A stretch of 63,811 bases of DNA, the filler included, from Octopus bimaculoides (Eukaryota), in the NCBI RefSeq assembly GCF_001194135.2. It is 5 parts of 5 records of this genome, joined end to end, with 100 filler letters (N's around TTAATTAATTAA, not from the genome) between each part and the next. Parts side by side here need not be neighbours in the genome. Positions count along the whole stretch, not along the records: positions 11,086 to 38,524 come from NC_068985.1; 4 more parts are not named here. The stretch is one strand, 5' to 3'. The position numbers and the translations under genes are program-made. Below the pieces are notes generated by a model. The model did not search any database. It saw only the letters and a list, made by a program, of their open reading frames with translations, and was not told the DNA's origin. This document shows positions 14,180-26,799 of the stretch, one piece after another. Each line of letters opens with the position of its first letter. The stretch's first letter is position 1.

Positions 14180-14640
14180 AATGGAAAGAAAAATCGTTCC
14201 ATGTCTAATATCTTGCAAATTTCATAAGAAAAGAATTGAGCCTAAGTAACAGTCAACAATGATTCATGCTGCTCAGGACCAATGTCTGACCACAAAACCA
14301 GTATAAGAACAAAATAATGAAAACTGTCATTAACACCAAATGTAGGATACACAATCAGTAGTTATATCCAATGGACAATATGCCAACAACTATAACATAA
14401 ACTCTGACAAGAACTGGTGTAAACATGTGCCAAGCCACAACTATCTGGGATATACTTATTCAAACAGACAAAAAATAATCGATAATCTCCTTGATATGAT
14501 AAACAAGGATAGTGACAGGGGAGAAACACCTGCTTATTGACAGACTGCTGTGATTTCCTACTAAAATGACCCAGAAACCATTGGTTCACAAATATTATCT
14601 TTCATCAGCATAAAATAACCCAGAAAACATTGGTACACAG
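14180..14640 (+). mobile_element. R4/Dong-like (RLE) LINE 3' fragment
   Basis: Decayed AAQDQCL.T, KC, W..CQ.YNI...KNW, IWDILIQTD and KTCLLID motifs of REL-endonuclease LINEs. Confidence 0.7.
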
Positions 14641-16194
14641 ATATTGCTTTAGAGCTGAGTGGGGACACTAAACTCCCTTGTTTGAAAATATAAGGACGCA
14701 AATAGTGCATCGATAGATTGCTGGAGACGACGTTTCCTGGGGATAAATAGTAGTAACATTAATTCTAACCAGAACTGCCACATTATGTTGGCAAATAATC
14801 TTTACTCTGGAGAAACTGTGATATTATTCTGCCATTTTTAAAGAAGGCCCTTGAATATTAAAATTATGCATGCATCCCACCACCTGAAATATAGAAAAGA
14901 AAGTACAAGGCAACGAATTGTTGATTAAAACTCTATTTTAGAAATAATATTTCAGGAATTTGTTTATCTTCGCTGCTTCTGCGTCTAACCCACACCTAAT
15001 TAGCATACTTGCAGAATGAAACTTCTAATAGTTAGAAAAGCTACAGATAAACTGTAAACCTTCTCACAAAAATCGGTGATATATAGCTATTAAGCTATCA
15101 ACGAAGAGGAATACTCGGTTTTATATCTACAATGTTTCCTGCATGCGAATGATGTGTTGATGTAAATAAGTTTCAAATTTAGGAGAAGCATATGCAAATT
15201 CATCAAAGCTTAGAAAATATACTGAGATACGAGCTCAAACATTGCTCAGGGAATATGATTTACAAGAATCCCTTTACTTGTTACAACTCATGCAGTACAT
15301 ATGAATTACACACAAAGTTCACGTTACACATATTGTCCATAATCATCAAAGAAAACATTCGACAAAGATATCGAGGAAAATTACTCTCCGTTTTCATAAA
15401 CATTGTTGCACACTACTCACTGTCACAAAGCTTCAGCAGGTACTGGAGCAAACTCTCGAAGGAAACAAGCAGATTATTGATGATGAAAATTATAAACATT
15501 TTCAACACGAAGATAAGTGAATTATCTAGACTATATTGCAATAAAGTAAAATTATATTTAAGGCGAATATTACGGTAGGGCTAAAAAATTCGTATGAAAA
15601 ATGTAGGTAAACTAATGCGAATATAAACAAAAATGAAGAAACTATAAATAAATCTTTCTACTAAGAAATCAACAAATTATTTTATGTAAAACAGTGGAAA
15701 TGAGAAAAAGGAAAGAAACAATTTTAATAATAAACGCTAAACATGAAAATGAAATGATAAAGTGTTAAGTCAAACTGTTGATAACAAATCCCAGTTCATG
15801 GAAGTAATACTACTAATTAGCGAATATTTAGAACCTCAGACCATACGAAAAAATTCTAATTCTAACAATAATAATTTTTTTTATAAAATATATAGTATGT
15901 CCAACGAAGACACGTAGTAATAGAAATTTAGAATATTTATTTTTGAACCTGAAAGATCAAACTTTATAAATGAGAAGTTTAATGGATGATGGTCCTCTGC
16001 ACAAAACAAGAAGAAAATATCAAAAATAGCTAAACAACTAAAGCAGCAATATTTATAGAAATCGAAATTAGAAAACCTATTTATTTATTGTTGTAGGGAA
16101 TTAGTAATAACGGTACACCCATCCTATCCGACGAATGGAATAACCTAGTCACTATAGGTAAAAGCCATATGTAATAGGCGGTCAGGGATATAGC

Positions 16195-17535
16195 CGTGTC
16201 TTTCTAGAGAGTAGGCGTTAATTTTTCTTGTTTTTGATCCCTGTTATACGTGAGTCACCTTGTTAATTATTTATTGAAGGTTTCCATTCGTGGGTGTACC
16301 TACGATTATTGATTGTTGAAATTGCTGTTGAAATTGCGCTTATTGGTGTTGTTGAATTGTGTTTCTTCATCCCATTTGTGGGAAAGATGGAAAAAGTGCC
16401 AGCGAGACGCCACAGTTATGCGGCAGCAACTGGCAGAGTAGTAGACGTTGAAGCTTTAGAGGTTCGTGAGGTGATGGTTTGAGCCGAGGAAGCTGAAGGA
16501 ATGTGAAAAACTGTTAACAAAGGAGGGCAACACGTTAAAATTAACGCCGCCAAAGGAAATCACAAACAGTGTAACAAAGATAACAGTGATATTTAAAACA
16601 CTGAAGTTGTCAAGCAGGAAAATTGAAATAGCAACAATTGAAGCTATTGAGGAGTGATTAAAGGAGATGAAAAAGCTAATCACGTTTATCACAAGAGGAA
16701 GGAAGTATGGCACAGTGGAGGTGTGTTTCAAGACCGAAGACGAAGCGATAACGCATTCCACTGAGGCCATAAGAACGGAAGTATGGGTACTTTTCTCGAC
16801 GTACTGTGGCAATCGTGTTGCCAGGGTGAGAGTTGGCAAAGTACAGCATCAAGGACACTGTCAATACCAGTGGAGGAGAAAGATTTAGGTGGACAACAGC
16901 ATGAGAATGAAAAAGCGACACTTTCCAAACTGGAGGAGGATAAGGACAGAGAGGTTACCAAGCGTAGAGCAAGGAAAAGAAAACAAACAAGAAAGGCGAA
17001 AAAGCACAGGTGGAATTTTGTAACATGCGCTAAGAACACAGAAACTGAGAGAAAAATAATGAAACTCAAATCCATTGTAAGGGTGAAGTTACCCACAAAT
17101 ATTTATTCAGAAAATGTGAAAGCTATTTTAGTAGATCAGGAGAGATATAACAGGCTACAAGATATGTGTGGAAGAGGCATTGATCCGCCAGGAGTTGTGG
17201 CGGAATTTGATGAATTGCCGCCAGTGGTAGATGTAAAGAAATTAGAATCATTTACGAGATATTAAAAATGTAAGTAAAATTGTTTCTTTAAAAAAGAAGG
17301 AAAAAACGATACTAATGAAAAAAAAAACAAGGGAAAAAATTTAAACCGGGCATTTAAACGTTCATATGGTACTACATGAGAGTGAGGCTCATGCAGCCAT
17401 TTCGTTTCCATTATTATATAACAACCTTTTCATTTTCATTCGTCTTGTGTTTTTGTCCCAACTGTAGTGTTCAGTCTGTCCTTGTGCTGTCCCTTCTATG
17501 TGAATGGCCGCGGTGTCAAAATAAAGAAAGAAGAG
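16195..17535 (+). mobile_element. ORF1-like retroelement copy A (L1/Tx1-like gag/RRM region), no ORF2
   Basis: Broken ORF 16387-17265 (KEGNTLKLTPPKE, TFITRGRKYGTVEVCF, TYCGNRVARVRVGKV), then A-rich tract, T-rich 3' region and AATAAA at 17520-17525. Family call from recall. Confidence 0.55.
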
Positions 17536-18230
17536 ATAGTCTTCTCTTCTTGTCTTCTTGTCAAATCACTTGTGATTTAGTTGCTTGTTTGATATTTTGT
17601 TGAGGGTCTTCTCGCGGGAGACTGCCTATTGTTGCAAGTGCTGTTGAAATTATATGTAGCTTGTTTGGCAGTTTTGTTTGTTGTTTTTTTACCCGTTACG
17701 GGGCGAAAGTTGGTTTCCATCTCAGTATGGAGGTGTACACCACACCAAGCTATGCGGCTGCCGCAGGAGCGAGAAAGATGTTGCTGTCTCGTTAGAGGTG
17801 AAGACGCTACAAATTAAACAGGAGACGCTGGATGCATATCAACAGTTTATGCAGAAAGAGGGGACGGCGTCGAAGGTGGTTCCTCCCAAAGAAAGTTTAG
17901 AACAGAAAAGTAAAAGAACCGTCGTCTACAGGACGCAATCGACCACATCGCAGCGGATAGAAGTGGCGACTGAGAGAGAAATAGAGAGCTTATTGCTGCT
18001 GGTAAAGGAGGAGACAACCTTCATTAACAGAGGAAAGGATATCGGCACGGTGGAGGTGAGGTTCGCCGCCGAAGAAGTGGCAGTCAAGCACTCCACGATG
18101 GTGTTGAGCTCGGCAGACTTCAGACTTATGCTGACCTACATGAGAAAAGGAAACGCGAGAATAACGATTGGAAGGATCCCACCGAAAATAAAAGAAGTGT
18201 GGTTGGTGGCAGTCATTATCTGCCATCCAG
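17536..18230 (+). mobile_element. ORF1-like retroelement copy B (divergent paralog of A, 3' truncated)
   Basis: ORF 17678-18358 has KEGTASKVVPPKE, TFINRGKDIGTVEVRF, TYMRKGNARITIGRIPP. Its 5' UTR resembles that of copy A. Confidence 0.55.
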
Positions 18231-19553
18231 GAAGATGCAAAGTTAATAATTGCTTTCTTTTAATACTTTTAGTAATGGTTACATACCTAATTAATAAGCA
18301 GCTTTCTACATTATATTATAGATACGCATTCAAAATATTTATAACTACATCCATTTAGCCGTTTAAACATATCTGACTATCAATGTAACATATAGACCTG
18401 GCATATACCAAAATCGCATTAGACAACTCTGATAAAATTGCTCAAAATTTACAATATGCTTTCAATACTTTAACATATCATTCTGAAAAAATGTTGATCT
18501 CCATAGTAAGAAATATAGTTCCTATAAAAGTACAACAAAATATAAAACCAATGTAATGTATATGGATGATTTCTTTAATACCTAAATTAAGTGAATACGT
18601 AAATATTTTAGTAAACACGACCTATAATACATTGACATATTGTATTCATTAAAGTGAAGTTGATGAGAAGAAAGTTGAGCATGCAATTTCAATTTAAGAA
18701 TATTCCATCTGTAATGAATTGGTACATTTAACCTGAAAATTATACAGAAATAATATAAAATATACTTCAGATAATGTAGAAATTAATATAAAACTTGAAT
18801 ACATTGTGGAAAATACCTAACACGTTTATATAGCATTACATAACGAAACTGTAGAAAATTAAAGAAAATTCAATGTGATTTAAGTTGTCGTAGTAAAACA
18901 TCAAATCCAGCACAGATAGTATTGATTTGTGACAACATCCAAAAAGGTGACGCAACTGACACGCGGATACGTGGAATATTTGGTTAAATAAGTGTTTATA
19001 TAATGCTCTGTTTTATTCAAGCCAGAATAAATATAAGCGTAAAATCAGGCCAGTATATAACTAAACATTTCAAACTAGAAAATCGATACATTAAGCAAAT
19101 GACGTAAGCTTAATCCTGAGAACTTTACAGAGACAAAGATGGCGTAGCACAGCTATGGAATGAATCAGTACACAAAGAGGTGATGTTTCCTTGCCGCAAT
19201 AATAAACCAAAACAGCCGATGAATGTTTTGATTTTCCTACTTCATGCCAGGCGGAGTAGAACATATCAGGCGAAGAAACAGAAAGGAATGTATACATGCA
19301 AAATTGAAGGAATTGAAGGTTTGAAGCTAATGAATGTTTGGCCTTAAAACTAGCACCAGGGCCTGCTTCAACACCTAATGGTGTAGATTAGAGGTAAACA
19401 TCTAATATGGAAAGCTTTGAGACATCGCAGATACGTATGCCTGACAGGAAAAATATCTAATCCTAAAAAACTAAAATTACCTGCATTATCTTTCATGATT
19501 TAATATAAACAAATAATTTGCAATATGAGCACTCTCGTAGTCATGTTCAAATG

Positions 19554-19603
<50 letters not shown>

Positions 19604-20482
19604 TATATCAATAATGGAGAAAAATACCAAACCAGCTCCAAACACCATGTTGCAATCTATAATCGGAATTTGTGGGGAATAAATAGCAAACTCGATGCAG
19701 AAACACCAACTGTTAAATAAAAAGCAAATCGAATGTAAAATCTAACAAATTTGTTAGTCCATCCATGCATTCATACAACCATCCATGCATACGTGCATGC
19801 ATGCATCCATCCATACATACATATGTACATATATATATATATATACATACATACATTTGTATATATACTCCACATGTGGTAAGAGGATATTTAGATCATT
19901 ATGTTCGAATTGTACCGTCGATGTTTAAAGGGTAAAAAACATACGGTGTAGTATTTAGCTGCAACTCTTTTTTTCCATGCATTCAAGATTTATTCGATTT
20001 TGTTTTATGCCCCTGAGGTCAAATACAATACATGCCAAAGAACAATGGACCTGGATGAATGGATTTTCCCCCAATATAAAATGTCACCGTGTGCTGATAT
20101 CAGATATTATATGTACCCTAGATTGTTCAAGTAACATTTACATTTGGCATTTGACATTACGAACAACCAAAAAGGGTCAAAACAAATTGAATTTTATATA
20201 GAAATACAACAAAGACCTTTATTAATAATGCAAATAATAAAACAAACAATATTCGCGTGTTCGGGAATTATGTTCAAAAACGTATGATAACGAAAGAACA
20301 TTTTGGCTTAGGCGTAATTCCATCAAACAAAATGCACTTTTAAAAGACTTAGAGGAAAGCTTGCCTTCTAAGAATAGTGTTCACAAAATTAGAACGATCA
20401 AATAACCAGTAAACAAGGGAAAATGTTGATATGACAACTTGCCAGTTATATTGAACATTGGTATGTACATACAAGCATGCAT

Positions 20483-20533
<51 letters not shown>

Positions 20534-21293
20534 ATATGTGTGCGTGTATATATGTACACATATATGTGTATATATATGTGTGTATAATATCAGTTATAGA
20601 ATAGAAACGCTGGGTTAACGACTTAACATATCACACACCCTCAATGAACATATATAAGATATACAACAAAATCCGTCAAACATAAGGAATAAGAAGGTAT
20701 AACGTAAGAAAAATACCGTAAGACGAAATAATAAATAAAAGAATAAGAAATATAAAAGAAGTAAGATGCAAGAAATAGAGCATATAGTATAAAATTTTAT
20801 ACACGAATATATTGTTTCAACCAATAACATACAAATGAAAAAAATTGAGTTAAAGGTATAATACAATGCACGTAAATATCATTTGATAGAAGTTTAAATT
20901 AATACGAATAAAAATTAATACGAATAAAAGGAATAAAAATTTCCAATATATAATATAATATAGGTCGATATAGAATAAAGTAAAATAAAATAAAGAAATG
21001 AAGTACCATAATGTAGTGCATCGGTTAAAAATCAAGGACAGAAGTGATTTAACACCATTTAGAGTTAAAGCTCAAAGTTCTTAATCCCCCTCGGGCACAT
21101 TTTACAACTCAAAAACAGTAGACACCAATAGGCAAGTCCGCACCAGTTAGGTATATACAAGAGTGAACAACAGGCAGTCAGCAGGTATCAGCAGGTAAAA
21201 CATGTAAAATTTAATTCCGCTCACCATGTCCGAAAAGTTCACAACACATGGGTAAAAATACCATTACAACACCCAGCATGTTGTGACATTTGT

Positions 21294-21392
21294 ACGTACG
21301 TTTACCCTGACGAGGGGGTCATCACCAGTTTACACTCTATTGTGATTAGAATTCAGTGGTGTACCCCCGAAATGGCCATAGGTGTTGTACGT
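21294..21392 (+). ncRNA. Type I hammerhead ribozyme (Penelope/retrozyme class)
   Basis: CUGACGA 21307-13; stem II GGGGGU/ACCCCC; GAAA 21369-72; palindromic stem/loop III AUGGCCAU; AUA cleavage triplet 21378-80; stem I UACC/GGUG plus ACGUAC/GUACGU with an internal loop. Confidence 0.85.
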
Positions 21393-21449
21393 GGTTTTCA
21401 TGAAATTGATTTTACTGATTGATACCTGCTGGGTGCTGTAATTATATTT

Positions 21450-22830
21450 TGTCATTCCTATGATATGGTGGGAGCCAAATAATCATATAAACGATTGCTA
21501 CTTGTGTCTCGCAAAGACTTCTTGTTATAGCAATAGAACGTGACACGAAATAAGCTACCCAAAGCTGGATTCAGCAATTCATCCAGTGTTTCACTCGGAT
21601 GAAATGGAGTAGATATAAATCATGAACATGGCAGTGAGATATAGACTCTGTAGAAACATCAACCAAAGAACATGAAAACTTCAACCAGGCAGAACCTAAT
21701 AATTTACCTAGAGACTTAGGACTATCAAAAGACTTATCAGAACTGTTAGCATTTAGGCTCAAAGAGAAGAATATGTTGCAGAAAGAAACAAACGTGACTT
21801 TTCTTTTACCAGAACAAAGAAAAAGATCGCTTCGCATTCTTTACAACGGGAAAAGATTTCGTTTACTGTTGTAATGTGATGGGACAGTTAAACATGATGG
21901 ATGTTGAGCAGTATGATCCTAGAGAATGGAGACTCGTCACAGATAGTTCAAAGAAGAGTCTAAAATGTGTATAATGAAACTTGTTTGGTGCGCTTCTTAT
22001 TGATCAATCGGTGCACTTAAATGATAATTATGATCACATAAAGTTGTATTAGATTTACTTATGTATGATGAAAATAAATGGTTCATATGCGTGGATCTAA
22101 AAATGGCCAACTTTGTATTTGGCTAACAAGAAACGAATACAAAATATTTGTTCTTCCTGTGTTTATGGGATAGACGAGTGAAAGACAAACATTGGGAACA
22201 AAAACTCTGACCAGTCAAAAAAAGGTTTGACCGTTAGGGAGAAAATATACACCAACCAGTTATTGCACGAGAGAAAATCATCTTTCCACCCCTTCATATT
22301 AGACTAGGACTAATGAAATAATTTGTCAAAGCTCTTAATGTGGAAGGTAATTTTCAAATTCATATGTAGAAGATTTCCTGGCATAAGCTATGATAAAATA
22401 ACGGCTGATGTTTTTGATGAGCCACAAAGCAGATAGTTAACGAAATGCCAGAATTTCTCGAGCTTGATAGCTGACATAGAAAAAAGAACATGGGATTCAT
22501 TTGTGAGTGTTATGATAGGATTTTGGGGTAAGTGAAAAGGCTGCAAACTTCAAGGATTTTGTAGAGACATTACTTGATAGATTTCATCTTTCAGGCTGTA
22601 ACATGAGCATAAAGCTTCATTTCCTCAATAGCCACCACGATGAATTTCCTGCTAGTCTCGGAGACGTGAGCGATGAACATGGTGATTGTCTTCATCAAAC
22701 AATCAAGATTGTGGAGGAGAGATGTCCTGGCCAATGGAACACGCACATGACAGCAGACCAATGTTGAAATATTCAAAGAAATTGTGTAGACATGAAATTC
22801 ACCACATGCTCTTGTAAGCGAAAATTTGTT
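21450..22830 (+). mobile_element. Degenerate Chapaev-type (CMC, Chapaev3-like) transposase
   Basis: VIPMIWWEPNNHINDCYLC, RDLGLSKDLSELLAFRLKEKN, YDPREWRL..DSSKKSLKC, CFLCLWD, LPPLHIRLGLMK, GCNMSIKLHFLNSH and LGDVSDEHG motifs. Superfamily name from recall. Confidence 0.8.
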
Positions 22831-24587
22831 TCATGAATATGAAAATATATGTATGATAGTTTGTTCTTTATCCATCGTATTAAAAAATTAACAGTATGTA
22901 TTTAGTAAAATGTGATGCTACTTTACATTTCATATGCTATTGACGTTTATAACTTAAGGTTTTAGGCAATAAGACTTAGTAAACTCTCCTGACCAAGAAT
23001 ACAGTGCGAATGTGAGAGATAAGAGAATAAACTGGAAGAAAAATTTACAAAACATCGCATAAGAGGCTTCGAGAAAAGTAAAGATCGAGAACATCTGTTG
23101 GGAGAAAACGGTATTAAAATGCATAATTAATATGTTACATTAAAACAAAATTTAAAACTACAATCGAACCTGATCAAAATTCTGAGGATATTTGAAGTAA
23201 ATATCATAAAAGAAATTCAGCACATTCTAAAAGAACCAACAATTAGAATGTTGATGGATAACAGATGTCAGATCACCACGCGCATAATGCAGTAAGTTTT
23301 AAAAACAACTTAAGTAATTTGGCAGCTGCTTTCAGCGAAATGTTCTATGAAGTTCCATTCCACCATCTTCAACACTACAGGAATTTAGAATGGCCTATAT
23401 TTTTTTCTAAATATCACAATATTATAAGTGAATCTCTAGCAACTGAATTAAAGTTTTTTCTTAAATAGAGCGAATTAAAATCTTGATTGGTTGATAGAGA
23501 GAAAGTAAAGAACTTTTGACCTTAACATCAGAGATTTTAACTGTGCGCTAATTACTTCTTTGAGTCCAGCAAATTTCTCTTTTTTAAATATCATAGTTCA
23601 GATCAGCAGATGTGGCGACAAAAGTGGTACACACTGGTGAAATGCGCAACTTTTAAAGACAACAAATTGAGAAAATATGGTAGAATCATACAACAGATAC
23701 AAAAATATTGATATTGCAGACACTAGTATAAAAACACATGAATACTTAAGTGGCATATACTTAGACATACTATATATCGACACTGTAAAACATCATATCG
23801 CTGTCAGAAAAAAAAAAAAAAAAAAACTAGTTGTCTATTTATAAAAGTGAAATTTTTCAATCAGACACTTCTCTCTAATCGTATTCCATTTACAAATTGG
23901 ATAATAAAATCACGAATACTTATAAACAACGAAATGGAATTTTCTAAAGGTCTGCTTTTTGTGGGTGATCTAAATATATATGTTAGGCGCAGAAATTGTG
24001 AAAAACAAATGCAGTTAGTAGAAGGTAAGAACGTAAATTTTATTTGAAAATTGAATCAATAATTAGTACAGATTCATCCACACTAAAAAATAAGCATTAA
24101 CAAAAATGATGAAATTAAGGACAAATTAAAAGCCACACTTTATGATGATTAATATTTCCACTCATAAAAACAACAAAAAGAACAAGCTTGTTCCTATGGA
24201 ATATAGACCGAAAAGTTGGAAGTTTACTGGAACTCACAGTGCCGTTGGAAAAGAGAATCTCTAATGCTGAGCAACGGAAAGAGAGAAAGTATAAGAAATT
24301 AATCAAAGTGTGCAGGGAACAGGGGTGGACTATCGAGTATTACCACCAGTGGGTCTAGAGGCTTCATTGAAAGGAAAATAATTTAAATATTGAATATCAA
24401 GACACCGTGTAGGTGGATTTGTACCCAATATTCCTGTCTTGTATGTAGACAACGCAGCACAGCTAAGTGAAGACATCCGTTCTTGGTAATTCATACATGT
24501 ACTTTTTACAGAGGTGCTTTCTATAGTATTTTTGAGGTGCAGATTCCAAGTTAAGTGAATAAAATATAATTAAGTAACAAAGATGTA

Positions 24588-24841
24588 CAGGTGTCACTTC
24601 ATTACGGTCTTTTCAAGCGGTTCCATATAATTAATTTATTCTGCCACAGTTATAACAAAAGTGAAGAATGTAAATATCTTGGCTTCCATTATCGATGTAA
24701 ATGTGTTATAAAATGGTTTATTCTTTATGTTTGAAGTCTATGCGTTCATCTGACGAAAATGGTTTCTTTCAAATTGATGAAATGTTTTCACTAATCAATT
24801 AAATGCAGCCGCTTGAAACGGCCTTAATGAATTGGCACCTG
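24588..24841. mobile_element. Tc1/mariner-type MITE
   Basis: ~50-nt TIRs (CAGGTGTCACTTCATTACGG... / ...GGCCTTAATGAATTGGCACCTG) flanked by TA on both sides. Confidence 0.8.
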
Positions 24842-24861
24842 TACAACATTGTTACCACTAT

Positions 24862-24908
<47 letters not shown>

Positions 24909-24910
<2 letters not shown>

Positions 24911-25450
24911 GAAGGGATACCCAAATTAATCGGAAACGTACGTTCTCAGTGGGATAAGCTCGTTGTAATTCGGTCTTCTGCAAAAAGGAGCGGCTTGATG
25001 CCACGTGCTGCGTATTTGTTTGCAGAGCTTCTGTCCCTGTTTATCGATTTTTGCGACGGCTGAAACGAAGAAACAGTGTGTTTCTGTGAAAGTTGCTAGG
25101 GAAAACGGCGGCCCAAACAGTTGTCATGCTTCAAACAACTTAGAATCTCACTGCCATGAGCAAAACACAAGTCTACGAGTGATTTTCATGCTTTAGAAAT
25201 GGTCACGTGCATATACATACGTTCCCACAAGCGTTAATTAGCGTCGAAGAGAACTCACTGATATAAAGACTAAAAAAATCCATTAATGAGGAATGTGGTT
25301 TACTATCTGACATGAGGCTCTCTGACATCATTTAATCCCTTACGTTGCTTCTTGTGTCGCCTTACCCTCACACATGATAGAAATTACGAACCGCTACTCT
25401 AAATGAAATGAACAAAGCTTTCCAGAGAGACGCTGATGTGTTTTCAGATC
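24909..25450 (+). mobile_element. Mariner 5' fragment
   Basis: TA-CGAAGGGATACCC TIR-like start; decayed KQCVSVK and VYE(W)FSCFRNGH N-terminal transposase motifs. Confidence 0.65.
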
Positions 25451-25679
25451 GTTCCTTAAGTTAATTCTTCCGTATGTCATTTCATTATCAACACAATCTA
25501 TATGTTCCTTTGTATTATAAAGTAATTGTTTTGTGGTTCTTCGAAGCCAGTCAGGATGAACATTCTATTCGAAAGCGTTATGGATTTTTGTGTGTATAAC
25601 ATATTATTGACTCAGAGAAACCTAATGGAAACTTAAATACATTGGCACAAATACACATAATGGGAAATTGTGAAGAAAT

Positions 25680-26260
25680 ATCCTGATGAATCCAGAGAAA
25701 TTTATGCAATACATGAATCAATATAAATTATGAGAAATGATGACTGAAAAGCTCCTGATTAAAAGTAGAATTATGGAATCTGATGTTTGCAGTAAAATAA
25801 AACGAGATAGATGCACTAAGTTAGAGTGGACGATAGAGCACTGATAAGCGGTTGAGCAGAGTTATCATTCTGTACAGAAATATTGCATTTTGATTGTCTT
25901 GGATAGTTGTGTTTGAGGAATAAGACATTGAGAATAATTGAGTATGCCTAAACTATTGAAGATATACCAGCACGATTTGGAACGGCAGTAGAAGCAGTTA
26001 GGCTGTCCTGAGCAAAAACGCATCTCAGAGTGAAATGTATTGAAGGAAGATAATCAGAAAAAAATACAGACCAATGGAAACAAGATTACTGACAGTAGCG
26101 ATTATCTGAGTAAAATTCATAAGTGATTGATTTGTGATGAAGCAAAGTGATCCCTGTGTATTTTAGATTGGAATAGATCAATGAATAGAAAATTCAATGG
26201 AAAGATAAGCATCAGTTGCAGGTGCGCTGGAGGTCGTTACTTGAAAAGAATTCAGAAAGA
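25680..26260 (+). mobile_element. Highly decayed LINE (RTE-like) fragment
   Basis: Weak endonuclease/linker-like peptides; recognition by eye only. Confidence 0.3.
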
Positions 26261-26799
26261 TAAATAAAAGGAGAGGGAGATAGAGAGAGAGACTGAGAGA
26301 GAAAGTAAGAGATCGAGTGGAACACTGATTTCAATGGAATTTTGTAAAAACAGAACAATAATAAAATTTTAGCGAAGGATGAGTGATTACAACTTCATAG
26401 AAAATGACGTTGGTGAAGGAAAAAATGTATTGATATTGAGAGAGAGAGAGAGAGAAAGAGAGAGGATAGGAAAGGGAATAAGGGGAGGGTGAGAATTATG
26501 AGTGAGAGATCCTTAGACTTGGACAGAATGCGAATTGTCTACTTTATAACAGTTATCAGATTGGTGAATGAAGAATAGACAAATCATACAAAATAAAGAG
26601 ACAAAAGAAGAATGATTGAATTCGATGAAAAATCCGTGGCATTATGTAGTGTTTATGGTAGTATTGTATATCTGGGGGTTAAGCAAATTAGTAATAAAGA
26701 AAATTGATAAAGGAATAATAATAAACTACTGGGTGTGCAGTCAATATTAATTTATACGACACCTAGGAATTGTTATGAAGTAAAAATTTTGGAGTATGG

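Noticed and set aside
19127-19180. Splice-flanked mini-ORF DKDGVAQLWNESVHKE (+)
   Set aside because: Single short candidate with no recognisable homology or partner exons.
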